NCBI GenBank assembly: GCA_050013255.1
Contig: JBEKFP010000001.1
Span: 480,001-544,000 of the forward strand
Direction of reading: 5' to 3'
Length of the DNA: 64,000 nucleotides
Source of the DNA: Candidatus Bathyarchaeia archaeon
Lineage (GTDB): Archaea > Thermoproteota > Bathyarchaeia > 40CM-2-53-6
A program made the translations under genes and the position numbers. Position 1 is the stretch's first letter; each line of letters opens with the position of its first letter. The notes beneath the pieces are model-generated. The model saw only the letters and a program-made list of their open reading frames with translations. It did not search any database and was not told the DNA's origin. This document shows, piece after piece, positions 1-10,323 of the stretch.

Positions 1-250
1 ACCATCGACTGCCAAACCTTAACCCCTCCATGCCAAAATGACTTTCCGTCTGAGATTCAACCAATCTCGTGCCTGGCCTGATTTGTGTTCATACGATTGG
101 TATAATGTTGCCTCAGGACTGGCTGGGGAAAATAGGGGAATTGAATTGAACTGTGTAGGAGCCTTCCTACAAGGCCCAAACAGTCTATGTTTGATTGAGC
201 ACTGCTAAGAAGATTGCAACACCAGAACGAACGATTTGGTCGCTAATCGT

Positions 251-844
251 TCAGTCTTCCCTGAGGATAATAAGCAGAGCAAGAGAGACAGATGTCAAAA
301 CCACGTAGACTGCTATGTCGGATAGAACGGGAGTAAGTGATGCCACTACCTCAGAAACAAACAGCACTCCTATGGTTAGCACGTAGCACCCCGCAAAGAT
401 AATCCCGAAACGGGCCAATTTCCGATTGATATCCCTAAGCGATTTATTCACCATACGGGCGTTGGGTTCAAACTCTGTGTCCCCTAGCCAATTCGATACT
501 TGCTTATGATAGTTCAAAACGAGAGTGAGGAATTCAACACCGAACAAAAGCATGACGAACGTGAGGAGAAGGACGGCTAGATTCGCTGAAACAACTTTCA
601 GCAGTGTGTCCGAGATGAGTGAGATCGAGAATAGAATGGCTTGAGCGAGGAGTGAAGCTCTACCCCAAGCCGGATTTCCTTTTGAGATTGCCAACAGCGA
701 GAAGACCGCCACTATAATCGGACCGAGTACGGTTATCGAAATTAACCTCGGTGGATAAGATGACACAATTGCGAACGCGGTGAGCACAAGCCAGAATGAG
801 GAAAGCCCCCGCAGAAGAATCCAACCAGACCGATATTGATTCAT
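251..844 (-). CDS. Hypothetical multi-pass membrane protein, last gene of the MoxR/DUF58 operon
   Basis: 197 aa with about 6 hydrophobic segments; ATGA overlap with the upstream DUF58 gene. Confidence 0.75.
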   Translation of the reverse strand: MNQYRSGWILLRGLSSFWLVLTAFAIVSSYPPRLISITVLGPIIVAVFSLLAISKGNPAWGRASLLAQAILFSISLISDTLLKVVSANLAVLLLTFVMLLFGVEFLTLVLNYHKQVSNWLGDTEFEPNARMVNKSLRDINRKLARFGIIFAGCYVLTIGVLFVSEVVASLTPVLSDIAVYVVLTSVSLALLIILRED

Positions 845-2106
845 AATGGTCTCCCCGTTTTTCTTCCCCGTAGCGCTGATTTGATAGGAACGTTTGGCGA
901 AATCTCAATCACCGTGGCTACTTTGGCAGTTTGCATCATTCTGGCTCTCCTCTCAATAGTCAAGATTCTTCTTGCAATGTTCAAGGACCCTTTTGTTCCC
1001 TTGGACTGTGTGGTCGGTGTGAAGCATACAACATTGTAACCTTTGGTTGCTACGTCTACGATCACCTTCACAATGTCGTCGCTGTCGAGAGGGGAGATGA
1101 CTACGATCACTGACCTTGCGGGTACTGTCGAAACTATTACAGACTGGACAGCGTAATCCATCGGAATAGTGGCTCGTCCCGGTTTTGCAATAGCCAGGTT
1201 GTCCAGAATTCTTAGCAGCTGCCTTCTTCCAAACCCAAGGTTGACCCATGTTCGAACAGCGCCATAGACGGATAAACCAACCCGGTTTCCCTGGCGGATA
1301 AGTTGTGAGCAGAGTGATGCCGCCACATTGACCTCGAACTCAACAGCGTCGAAATCTAAGAGTTCGGGCTGTATCTCCTGGGAACAGTCCAGTAGAACCA
1401 ACACATCAGTGGCTTGTTCGCCCTCGAATTCATTTGTAACCAGTTCTCCCATTTTCGCTGAGGCTTTCCAGTTTACCCGCCTGAGTTCATCGCCCGGAAC
1501 GTAAGGGGATAACTCGAAAAATTCCGACCCACTCCCGATCTTACGGGATGGAATCTGACCTGGCCATGGGCTTATCCGTGTTGCTTTTAGGTTAAGCATC
1601 CCGACTTCCTCCATTCTTGGGAGAACAATTAGCTCATCCGTATTGCCGATTTGCTCGCTCACTTCCCGAAAACCCATTATGTCTGATACGCTGACCGACA
1701 GGGGTCCTAGTACGTAGATGCCTCTTTTCGGCGCTGAAATCGTGTAATGATTTTCAATGGTCTCACCTGATCTCACCGACACTGTGAGAGCCTTCGTACC
1801 CGTCTTGATTGTGAGAGGTTCCGCGATAATTTCGTCCAAGCAGACGTTATCGAAGCTTTGAAGCGAGTTGTTTTGAACCCCCAGCGTAATCTCGACATCC
1901 TCATCGCCTAGCGACCGGTCGGGATGGAGTACTCTTGAGGGTCTCATACTGACCCTGAGATTCGAACCGGGTCTATGTGAGATGAAGAAAAGAAACGCGA
2001 TTGGAACGACAAGCGCACTGACGTAGGGTTCTCCAAAAAAGAGCGCGTAGCCAATGAATGCGTAAGCTATCCCCAAGTAAAGGAGAGCTTTTCTCGAGAG
2101 CACCAT
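841..2106 (-). CDS. DUF58 domain-containing protein
   Basis: G-S-E-F-F-E-L-x-x-Y-x-P-G-D-E-L-R-R-V-N-W-K-A-S-A motif, N-terminal TM helices, downstream of MoxR. Confidence 0.9.
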   Translation of the reverse strand: MVLSRKALLYLGIAYAFIGYALFFGEPYVSALVVPIAFLFFISHRPGSNLRVSMRPSRVLHPDRSLGDEDVEITLGVQNNSLQSFDNVCLDEIIAEPLTIKTGTKALTVSVRSGETIENHYTISAPKRGIYVLGPLSVSVSDIMGFREVSEQIGNTDELIVLPRMEEVGMLNLKATRISPWPGQIPSRKIGSGSEFFELSPYVPGDELRRVNWKASAKMGELVTNEFEGEQATDVLVLLDCSQEIQPELLDFDAVEFEVNVAASLCSQLIRQGNRVGLSVYGAVRTWVNLGFGRRQLLRILDNLAIAKPGRATIPMDYAVQSVIVSTVPARSVIVVISPLDSDDIVKVIVDVATKGYNVVCFTPTTQSKGTKGSLNIARRILTIERRARMMQTAKVATVIEISPNVPIKSALRGRKTGRPL

Positions 2107-3065
2107 CAGTCTACCCTAGGCACCGGAACTTTTCTCAACACTTCGTTGATGATGACCGTGGCATCGAACCCACGGATCCAGGACGCAGCCTTAGGGATTA
2201 TTCTGTGCGACAGTGCCTCCACCGCGATTGCTTTCACATCATCAGGTATGATGTAGTCTCTACCCTCAAAAGCAGCGTTGGCCCGCGCAAGTTTGAGTAA
2301 GGCAAGGGAGCCACGGGGGCTAGCGCCTATTGCCAATTGGCCGTGAACCCTAGTCTCTCGAACAATGTCGGTAATGTACGCGAGTACATCATCATCCGCG
2401 TGCACCCCTTCGATCGAATCTTGCATATCTACTAGGGTCTTTGGGTTGACAATCGCGCTAACTACGAAATCATCGCTTCTACGAGCGATTCGCCTCCTAA
2501 GGATTTCAAGTTCGCCGCTCTTGTCGGGGTAACCGATTCTTAACTTCATGATAAACCGGTCGAGTTGTGCCTCGGGCAGTTGGTAGACTCCCTCGAATTC
2601 GATTGGGTTCTGCGTGGCTAGCACTATGAACGGGTTCTCTAGGCGGTGAGTATTGCCGTCAAGAGTTGTTTGTCGTTCCTGCATAGCCTCAAGAAGCGCC
2701 GCCTGAGTTTTGGGGGGGCTACGGTTAATTTCATCGGCAAGGAGAATGTTGGTGAATATCGGGCCTTGCTTAAGTTCGAAGTCTCCTCTTCTCTGGTTAT
2801 AGACATAAGTTCCAGTGATATCTGCTGGCAATAGGTCCGGCGTGAATTGTACCCGAGTGAACTTGCAACCTACGGCAGCAGCTAAAGATTTAGAGATTAG
2901 CGTTTTGGCTAATCCAGGGAAATCCTCTATCAACATATGCGAGTTCGCAAGCACACCGAGTAGAATTTTCTGTAGAGCTACCTCCTTGCCTACGATGACG
3001 GTGTTCAATTCCTGCTGTATTTTCTTGCAGTTTTCCGAAATGTCTTCGATTTTCAAGCTACCCAA
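2106..3065 (-). CDS. moxR: MoxR-family AAA+ ATPase
   Basis: Walker A PGLAKT, RVQFTPDLLPADITG, Walker B LLADEINR, ATQNPIE. Confidence 0.95.
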   Translation of the reverse strand: MGSLKIEDISENCKKIQQELNTVIVGKEVALQKILLGVLANSHMLIEDFPGLAKTLISKSLAAAVGCKFTRVQFTPDLLPADITGTYVYNQRRGDFELKQGPIFTNILLADEINRSPPKTQAALLEAMQERQTTLDGNTHRLENPFIVLATQNPIEFEGVYQLPEAQLDRFIMKLRIGYPDKSGELEILRRRIARRSDDFVVSAIVNPKTLVDMQDSIEGVHADDDVLAYITDIVRETRVHGQLAIGASPRGSLALLKLARANAAFEGRDYIIPDDVKAIAVEALSHRIIPKAASWIRGFDATVIINEVLRKVPVPRVD

Positions 3066-3574
3066 CCTTCAAGCGTGGATAGAACAGCTTCAATTTCCCG
3101 CGCACCATCTGGAGCAGATGCATTTGGGCCACTAGTCAGCAGTCTTACCAATTGTTCATCTTGTATGATTTGTGAGAAAAGGGAAGTACGGTTTCCCGAC
3201 TGTTCGTCCAATTGACTTCGGGAGACGTCTGTGCGGTATGAGGCAATTTGCAGTGCAAGAGAGCTTAATCGCTTACCCAGAGCAGCAGCCGCTTCACCGT
3301 CGCGTTCCTGCATCGCTCTCCGAACGAGTCTTTCAAGCCTTTGAAGTTCATCCTCGCTTTTTTCCCTAATCTGTGCACGGCCTGTTTTGTTCTTGATAGT
3401 AAGTGGTAGGAGCGAGTTGAAGATGAGAAGTGAAAAGAAAATGAACACAACACCCAAGGTGGGCAATGTCAAGATTTCGTAGTGGACTAGAAAGAACTCT
3501 AGAATTATTACTACAAATACGTAGGCTATTCCTAACTCGACAACGGTTTTGGCAAGTCTCCTCAAGGGTCTCAA
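3053..3574 (-). CDS. Hypothetical membrane protein of the MoxR operon
   Basis: Two N-terminal TM segments and a helical C-terminus; overlaps both neighbours. Confidence 0.7.
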   Translation of the reverse strand: MRPLRRLAKTVVELGIAYVFVVIILEFFLVHYEILTLPTLGVVFIFFSLLIFNSLLPLTIKNKTGRAQIREKSEDELQRLERLVRRAMQERDGEAAAALGKRLSSLALQIASYRTDVSRSQLDEQSGNRTSLFSQIIQDEQLVRLLTSGPNASAPDGAREIEAVLSTLEGWVA

Positions 3575-4464
3575 CCGGCACCTTGGGAAAGAACATTCTC
3601 CAACGAGCCCAGCTTATTCACTGCCAACCTACGTTGGTCATCGTTGATTATGTGAGCACTGTACCTTGCTTCCTCGAACAGAAATGTTAGGGTCTTGACT
3701 GCATCATTGCCCAGGCTTAGTTTCTTCGAGAGGGTAGATCCAAATTCACGCGCCGTTTGGTCCGCGCCAATGATGAACCCTCGACCGGAAAGGACTTCGC
3801 ACATTTGCCTGTAACACTTCACAATTGTCTCTTCGTAGTCGGTATTGTTTCTGAGGCTGTTTACCGCTTGTTGCACAACCTGTAACGCCTCAAGCTTTAC
3901 TTCTTCCCCGGAGGAAGACCCTTCGCGACCTTCCTTGAAGGCCAGCCAAAGTGCGCCAAAAAAGAGGGTGACTGAAAGAAATGCGATTCCGGCAAAGATA
4001 AGAACCGTGTAATATGAGAGCGCTACCATCGTCGCGGATGGCGCCGACTTTATTCCCTGATTCAAATGCGCTATCTGTGCTCCGGATGATACGATAACCG
4101 TGAAAGCTTCTTGTAATAGACTGAAAAAGGATTGAAGTGACCCGATGCGAGCCAGTAGAATCAGGGCAACAAAGACCACGATATACCCTAGGATTCCTGC
4201 TAATAGGCTGACCTTGCTGCGTTCTTGTTTTGGACGATAGAGGAATAATGCGGCAAGCATCTCAATGATTCTTTTTCCATAGGCCAACACTACCAAGAAG
4301 TAAAGCGTTAGGATCGCTGGCAGGATGAAGGGAGCCATGACTCCTAGAGCGGACGCGTGGGGAGTTCTTCCGACAACAAATCCCGTCATCATGAGTATAA
4401 CGAATAACACGCCGACCAGTGCGATGCTATTCCTGTGGACCATGTCTCGCTCTATCGCCGTCAA
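3571..4464 (-). CDS. DUF4129 domain-containing membrane protein
   Basis: C-terminal Y-x-x-M...T-A-R-E-F...L-T-x-L-F-E-E-A-R-Y-S motif after several TM helices. Confidence 0.85.
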   Translation of the reverse strand: MTAIERDMVHRNSIALVGVLFVILMMTGFVVGRTPHASALGVMAPFILPAILTLYFLVVLAYGKRIIEMLAALFLYRPKQERSKVSLLAGILGYIVVFVALILLARIGSLQSFFSLLQEAFTVIVSSGAQIAHLNQGIKSAPSATMVALSYYTVLIFAGIAFLSVTLFFGALWLAFKEGREGSSSGEEVKLEALQVVQQAVNSLRNNTDYEETIVKCYRQMCEVLSGRGFIIGADQTAREFGSTLSKKLSLGNDAVKTLTFLFEEARYSAHIINDDQRRLAVNKLGSLENVLSQGAG

Positions 4465-4550
4465 TTCTGATGGTCGGATACAGATTAAAGGGAAGCGTAA
4501 AACGAGCCAACATTATGGCCAGAAGGCGTCGAAGGCTTGGGGTTAATGCC

Positions 4551-4730
4551 ATGAAGTTTCTCCTTCAGCATCCTAATTTCACCTATGACGGACAAAAAAC
4601 TCAACTTGTAGATAGTCTCAAGACGCTTGCATCTGATGCGGAGAATCTCGGTTTCGATTCATTTTGGACAATGGATCATTTCCTCTTATCTTTTGAGTTG
4701 CAAAGAATCATTCCTCTATCATCGCGATGA
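4551..4730 (+). pseudogene. N-terminal fragment of an LLM-class (F420-dependent) oxidoreductase
   Basis: MKFLLQHPNFTYDG...AENLGFDSFWTMDHF matches the LLM N-terminus, then the frame ends at 59 aa against the convergent tmk. Confidence 0.75.
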
Positions 4731-5345
4731 TCGGATCCTAAGTAAGCGAGAGATGTGAGTCCACAATTCCGCGTGGACAGCTTTAGGATCTTGTTCGGCG
4801 TCAATTACTTTCCAGGCGTATCGTCTGGCAAGTCGGAGATATGCGCCTCTCACTTTTCTCAAATACTCGCGATCGGCCTCATGAACGTCCCTCCGATTTC
4901 TCTTCCGCCAGAATGATGCTTGAGGGGCGATATCGAGAACAACCACAACGCCCGGTTTTGGTAAGCCTTTCTCCAACGATTTTAGCCAATCGAGGGGTAG
5001 GCCGTGAGCTATTCCATAGGCTAGATTTGATGGGCTGTAACGGTTTACAATTACGTAATGACCATTCGCAATCTCATGATTGAGTTCTAGGAATCGTTCC
5101 CATTTATTTGCTGCATATAGGAGGTGAACGGCATGGTAATCAAGCTGATTTTTTCCAGCCAGGTAAGCCCTCAACTGTTTTCCGATTGGTGTTGTATAGT
5201 CAGGGAAGTCACAAACTGATGCCCGATACCCTCGAGTGGCCATTTCTCTGGCTAGGAGATTTGACTGCGTTCTCTTACCAGACTGGTCTATTCCCTCAAG
5301 TGCAATTAGCAGGCCACGGGTTCTTTGCAATGGTTCTGCGTCCAA
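4719..5345 (-). CDS. tmk: Thymidylate kinase
   Basis: IALEGIDQSGKRTQ P-loop, FPDYTTPIG, NRYSPSNLAYG. Confidence 0.93.
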   Translation of the reverse strand: MDAEPLQRTRGLLIALEGIDQSGKRTQSNLLAREMATRGYRASVCDFPDYTTPIGKQLRAYLAGKNQLDYHAVHLLYAANKWERFLELNHEIANGHYVIVNRYSPSNLAYGIAHGLPLDWLKSLEKGLPKPGVVVVLDIAPQASFWRKRNRRDVHEADREYLRKVRGAYLRLARRYAWKVIDAEQDPKAVHAELWTHISRLLRIRSSR

Positions 5346-5389
5346 TACCCTTCATGATTCAAGCGAAATAAGTGTGAGCTAACAGGGGC

Positions 5390-5803
5390 CTACTTTCGGC
5401 GTTTCTTCGCCTTCCTGTGGATCCTGTAGATTTCCAGCCAGATGTTTTCGAAGCCTTGCACAAACGCTACTTCCCAGACTCCATATTTTACTGGTCCAAT
5501 TCTTGTTGGATAGCCTGCGGCATTCAACTTCTTGAGCAATCTCTCAAAATCATCTACCTCAAAGCCAAGATGGCCCAATTCCTCTCCTTCCCGAAATGGG
5601 CCGGCCACGGGGCTATCATCCGCGTACTAGTTAAGTTCAAGCCAATGCTTCTCCCCCTTACTGCTCATGCTTGCGAACTCACCCTTGTTTTCTTCAGCCC
5701 TGACATGGGATCGCAATTTCATCCCAAGATAATTCCTGAAGAACTCAATAGCCCCATCGAGATCACGAACTCGGATGCCAGTGTAACTGAATCTAAGTTT
5801 CAC
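5390..5803 (-). pseudogene. VOC/glyoxalase-family protein interrupted by an in-frame TAG
   Basis: Manual translation from GTG at 5803 gives MKLRFSYTGIRVRDLDGAIEFFRNYLGMK...HWLELN*YADDSPVAGPFREGEELGHLGFEVDD; TAG at 5627-5629. Confidence 0.8.
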
Positions 5804-5814
5804 GTCAAACTTCC

Positions 5815-6804
5815 TCAGAACGACCTTGAAACAAGAAAGTCGGCAATCGATGATAAGCTGTTCCTGGCCTCTGACGGGGGGAGCCTGTTCAACGTCTTCA
5901 TGGCGTTTTCCAAGAAAGTATCAGCCTGCGTTTTAGCGTACTCGGTTGAACCATATTTCTCGTATAAGCCGATTACCTGTCGTATCTCGTTCTTCTTGAC
6001 ATTCTTCTTCCCCAGTAGTCGGCCAAAGACCTTTTTGTCCTGAGGAGTTGCAGCCTTCAGCAAATGAGCTGCCAAGACGGTTTTCTTTCCTTCACGAATA
6101 TCGCCGCCGATCTCTTTTCCGTACTCTTTCACGTCGCCCTTAACATTGAGTAAATCGTCAACTATTTGGAAGGCTATGCCAACGGTTTCCCCAAACTTGC
6201 CAAGTATTTCGAGTTGCTCCTGCGAACCTCCTCCTGCAATCGCACCACCTTCAGTTGATAATCCCGTGAGTGCCCCTGTCTTGAACCTCAGAAGTCGGAT
6301 CACATCCTCTTCAGTGAAATTCTTCCTTTCCCACATACTGAATTCGAAAGCTTGCCCCCAAGTGATTCCGTATGCACGGTCCGCGATTTTCGCAACAAGC
6401 CTTTGGCAGCGTTCTGCGGGAATCTTGCTCGAGTTTGCGATTTCGAATACTTTGATAAGCATCGCGTCTCCAGAATTGATCGCGCTGGGGACACCGTAGA
6501 TTTTGTGAATGCATGGTTTTCCGCGCCGGAGTTCGCTTTGGTCCTCGATATCATCGTGAACCAAGGTCATGTTGTGAAGAAGCTCGATTGCCGCAGCTGC
6601 ACCGACTGCATCTTCTTTTTTGCCGCCGACACATTCACAGGCCAAGAATGTCAGCGCTGGCCGGAATCGTTTCCCGCCTCTATCAATGAGATCCCACACT
6701 GAAGCGTAAAACTCAAAGGGTTCGCCATCCCGCGGCAAGTGTTTTTCCAGTTCAACGTCAATGTCGGCCTTGTACTGGCCGAGAATTTCGAGGGCCGGTT
6801 TCAT
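5815..6804 (-). CDS. Polyprenyl diphosphate synthase (GGPP synthase-like)
   Basis: GGKRFRP, FARM HDDIEDQSELRRG, KTG, SARM FQIVDDLL, GKEIGGDIREGKKT. Confidence 0.92.
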   Translation of the reverse strand: MKPALEILGQYKADIDVELEKHLPRDGEPFEFYASVWDLIDRGGKRFRPALTFLACECVGGKKEDAVGAAAAIELLHNMTLVHDDIEDQSELRRGKPCIHKIYGVPSAINSGDAMLIKVFEIANSSKIPAERCQRLVAKIADRAYGITWGQAFEFSMWERKNFTEEDVIRLLRFKTGALTGLSTEGGAIAGGGSQEQLEILGKFGETVGIAFQIVDDLLNVKGDVKEYGKEIGGDIREGKKTVLAAHLLKAATPQDKKVFGRLLGKKNVKKNEIRQVIGLYEKYGSTEYAKTQADTFLENAMKTLNRLPPSEARNSLSSIADFLVSRSF

Positions 6805-6893
6805 GCTCAGGTTGAGTATGGAATGTGGTTCTTCAAGTCATCGGCGACTACTTTACGCTCGCTTACCGAAGCAATTTTGCTTTGAAGTGCGGT

Positions 6894-9155
6894 CTAAGCT
6901 TCAAAGTGTGGCCTGTACTTTGAAGTTAGCACTCGTCTAATTTCCTCTGAGATTTTCTCCCCAATTCCTGTGACTGACATTAGCTCCTCTTTCGAAGCTT
7001 GGAATATGCGCTCGACGGTCTGAAAGGAACTGAGCAGTTTCTTTGCTCGGGTGTTGTCAATGTTTGGTAAGCTGGCTACAATGAATTCCTGTTGATCTTC
7101 AATGGTTGACGGCTTTGCAGCTGTCATTATTCTTGGTTTCCGCTTATCTTGAATCTGCTCGCGCCTCGCTATGGCAAACATCAACTGGGCTGCTTCAGAA
7201 GGTTTCTTTGCCCAAACTATTGGAATTCCATAGTCAATCAAGATGCTCGCATAGGCACCCATCATGGCTTCAGGCCGCACGCGGCCTGATCCCAACAAAG
7301 TCTCGCCTTCAACAACGAAAACCGGTTTAGCGTAAGTTTCCTTGAGCTTTACTGCCTGTTGGAATAATCTTCCGTCAATTATGGAGGACGCGAAATCCTC
7401 GACATCCTTTCGTTCTACCACAATCCTATCTGATAGGACAAAGTCGCCTACTTCCAGGGTCTGGGACGTTAGGAGTGCCCCTAGTTTCGCTAACTCTCTC
7501 GTCACTAAAGCGCCCAGCTCTCTCGAATCGGCCACCACTTCTATTTGTTCTTCCAATTTCTTTTCCTTCACATTTGATGAAATGTATTTCTCCATTCTGA
7601 TCTGGTCGGGGGCGTTCGGTTTCTGCGTTTTCAGGAACTGCTTGATTGCAGAAGCCATTTCACGTTCTCTTCGTTGGGAAATCCAATAGTAGGCTTCATC
7701 ACGCGTACCTTTCGCCATCAGGATAATTGCTTCACCAGGTCCTTTCCGGCCAGTTCTCCCCCGACGCTGAATATAGCGCACTGCGCTCGGGACAGTGTCG
7801 TAGAAAATGACTTCATCACACTCCACTATGTCGAGACCCTCTTCACCAATCTGCGTTGCAACTAGGACGTTGAATGTGCCTGACCTGAAATCGTCCAATA
7901 TCGCAACTTGTTTCCTTTGAGTCAAGCCACGATCTCTTGTGCGTGAAGCCTGCCCGACCAAGCGTACGGCGGATACGCCTTCGACTTTGTTGAGTACTTC
8001 TGTGAGCCTCGCTGCGGTTGTTCGGTAGTTGGTGAAAACCATAACACGCCGTGCGCCCCTGCTGAGAGCGACGCGTATTGCTTTGATTAGCTCGGTAACT
8101 TTAGGATGGTCTGCTTCCTTCGCTACTAAGTCATTCACAATTGACGTTACCCGCTTCATTCTGGGGTCGTCAAGAATCATCTTTAGGCCCGGAGATGAGC
8201 GCTTCTTGGCCTTTTCTTGAAGGCTGTCAAGATGTTCCTTCAGCGCTGGGAAACCTTGGGTCTCAAGAAATTCAATTGCGCGAATTCCATGCACCGACGC
8301 GTACACATAGCCCAGATATGTTCTGGCGTCCCTGTTGCCACCGGCAGCATCTCCTAGTATCCTTTCCCTAGCAGCAAGTATGTCTCGCAAGCGAATCCTG
8401 TCCATTGCCGCCGTTTCCAAATAACCATGATCGCGCACTACGCGCAATTTCTCGCGCAAGAAAGCCTCCAGTTCTCGTTTAACATCGTAGAATATCTTCG
8501 GAAGGTCAACGGTAACCCACTTTACCTCTATTCCGCCAACGTATGGTCTCACATCATCGCTTTGGATCGTTCGCGCTTCCACCCACTCTATGTGAAGATT
8601 CTTACAGATTTCACGAACATCAGCTTCGCTAGAACCTGGCGACGCAGTTAAACCAAGTATGAGGCTGTTGTCGGTGGCTGCATACTTTTCCGCGATGAAT
8701 GCGTATGGGTAGTCGCCGACTCCTCTGTGTGCCTCGTCGAAAATTATCAGGGAGAAATTGTCAAGCGCAACCTTCCCTGTAAGAAGGTCATTCATGAAAA
8801 CCTGTGGCGTTGAGAATATCAAACGCTTCTTCCAAGAGCCCGCCCTTTCCTCGGGCGCAACTTCCCCCGTGAGCCACACTATCGAATCCTGGTCCACTCT
8901 CATTAGTTTCTGAAAGGTCCGGAAATGTTGCAACACGAGAGGTTTTGTTGGGGCAAGCATTACGACGCCTTTGCTTGGGAAAACCTTGAGCCTCTCAGCG
9001 GCCACGTAGGCTGCCACAACTGACTTCCCCAAACCCGTTGGTAAGCAAACCAGAGTGTTAGTCCGCACTGCGGTGCGAGCTATGACTTCTTGGTAGGAGC
9101 GGCGCTCAATAGATTCGAACCTCAGAAGTGAATTGGAGCTGGGCTCTTCAGGCAT
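6894..9155 (-). CDS. hef: Hef/FANCM-like DEAH helicase fused to an ERCC4 nuclease
   Basis: LPTGLGKS, DEAH, TASPG, QRRGRTGR, then ERCC4 GDF...VERK and C-terminal HhH repeats. Confidence 0.93.
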   Translation of the reverse strand: MPEEPSSNSLLRFESIERRSYQEVIARTAVRTNTLVCLPTGLGKSVVAAYVAAERLKVFPSKGVVMLAPTKPLVLQHFRTFQKLMRVDQDSIVWLTGEVAPEERAGSWKKRLIFSTPQVFMNDLLTGKVALDNFSLIIFDEAHRGVGDYPYAFIAEKYAATDNSLILGLTASPGSSEADVREICKNLHIEWVEARTIQSDDVRPYVGGIEVKWVTVDLPKIFYDVKRELEAFLREKLRVVRDHGYLETAAMDRIRLRDILAARERILGDAAGGNRDARTYLGYVYASVHGIRAIEFLETQGFPALKEHLDSLQEKAKKRSSPGLKMILDDPRMKRVTSIVNDLVAKEADHPKVTELIKAIRVALSRGARRVMVFTNYRTTAARLTEVLNKVEGVSAVRLVGQASRTRDRGLTQRKQVAILDDFRSGTFNVLVATQIGEEGLDIVECDEVIFYDTVPSAVRYIQRRGRTGRKGPGEAIILMAKGTRDEAYYWISQRREREMASAIKQFLKTQKPNAPDQIRMEKYISSNVKEKKLEEQIEVVADSRELGALVTRELAKLGALLTSQTLEVGDFVLSDRIVVERKDVEDFASSIIDGRLFQQAVKLKETYAKPVFVVEGETLLGSGRVRPEAMMGAYASILIDYGIPIVWAKKPSEAAQLMFAIARREQIQDKRKPRIMTAAKPSTIEDQQEFIVASLPNIDNTRAKKLLSSFQTVERIFQASKEELMSVTGIGEKISEEIRRVLTSKYRPHFEA

Positions 9156-9280
9156 AGTGCGGCCCTCTTAGTTGGATTGGTATGAAAACCATCCAGGGGC
9201 GTATAAGTCACGGGGGTTGAACCCGTGTCCAACTGCCGAGTTCCTTGGGATGGACTGCGAGCGAAAAGAGTGAATGCGGC

Positions 9281-10171
9281 CTATGGCTGGTTTGCGCCGC
9301 ATGTACCGCAGAACTTCGCAGACGCGGGAAGTTTCGCCCCACAGCTCACACAGAACTTTTGGCTCTCCGCAACGGGAGTTGGAGGCGGCGGGGTTGGTGC
9401 AGCTGCGCCACAGGTCGGGCAAAACTTATGGTGCGGTTGAAGTGGAGTTCCGCACGAAGAGCAAACTAGACTGCTTACTGCGCTTGGTTGGACCCGTAGC
9501 TCGGGCGGGGCTCCCTCATTATACAGCAAACCAAGTGACCTGAAGATGAAGACGCTTAAGATGGGCGAGATTATTGCGGAAATTACCCAACCTACGTATG
9601 GTATCAACCCAGCCACACCGCCTATTATCATGCTGATTATGACGAGTACTACTATCCAGGCGATGTATTTGCCCCAACCTATTCCGCGAATAATCCTGAG
9701 TATTTCGCCGAACGCGAAAGCTTTCCCGAATTTCCCGGTCTTCAACATGTGAGCCATGCCAGCAGCGAGCAGGAGCAAAAGAATGATTCCTAGGAGAATT
9801 CCAACAAGCAACAAAACCACACCACTTCCCCCAAGCATCACACTCGGGGCGGCGAATCCACCCTGCAAAGACAGCATGCCTGCAAATAACGAGGATGCAC
9901 CCGTCGCGATCAGGATTGTCGGAACCAGCATGTAGATTAGCGATGCAAAGGTGACTTTCGCGCCGTCGACGAACATCTCGCCGTACTTCTCAAGTTTCGG
10001 CGGTGTTTCGGTGCCTGGAGATTCCCTCAGCACGCGAGCGGCGTATCCAATCACAATCCAGTTGACGATGGGGATAATATCGAGCACTATGAGAATTATT
10101 AGCCTCCCGCCATCGCTGAGCAATCTCTTCGCAAATTCGAAACTGTTGCTGAGGTTTTCGCTAAGGTTCAA
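9281..10171 (-). CDS. DUF4013 membrane protein with a double zinc-ribbon C-terminus
   Basis: IPIVNWIVIGY...P-x-L-E-x-Y-G-E-M-F-V-D-G motif; four CxxC pairs (KFCPTCG, KFCGTCG). Confidence 0.85.
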   Translation of the reverse strand: MNLSENLSNSFEFAKRLLSDGGRLIILIVLDIIPIVNWIVIGYAARVLRESPGTETPPKLEKYGEMFVDGAKVTFASLIYMLVPTILIATGASSLFAGMLSLQGGFAAPSVMLGGSGVVLLLVGILLGIILLLLLAAGMAHMLKTGKFGKAFAFGEILRIIRGIGWGKYIAWIVVLVIISMIIGGVAGLIPYVGWVISAIISPILSVFIFRSLGLLYNEGAPPELRVQPSAVSSLVCSSCGTPLQPHHKFCPTCGAAAPTPPPPTPVAESQKFCVSCGAKLPASAKFCGTCGANQP

Positions 10172-10323
10172 CTTGGCTGCCTTCTAGTGAATTAGTATAA
10201 GTTATCTCTAATATCTATTAGTGGGCGTTAGCGCAGAGCCAACGTGCTCATAGCATATAAAATGGTACGAAGATCATAAGTTAGGATGTACTCCATCAGC
10301 ACACCATGCTTGCTGCTCAGCTG

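Noticed and set aside
841-4464. MoxR-DUF58-DUF4129 operon as a novel system
   Set aside because: This arrangement is widespread and known, although its function is poorly defined.
5417-6043. 208-aa + strand ORF
   Set aside because: It is an antisense shadow of the VOC and prenyl synthase genes.
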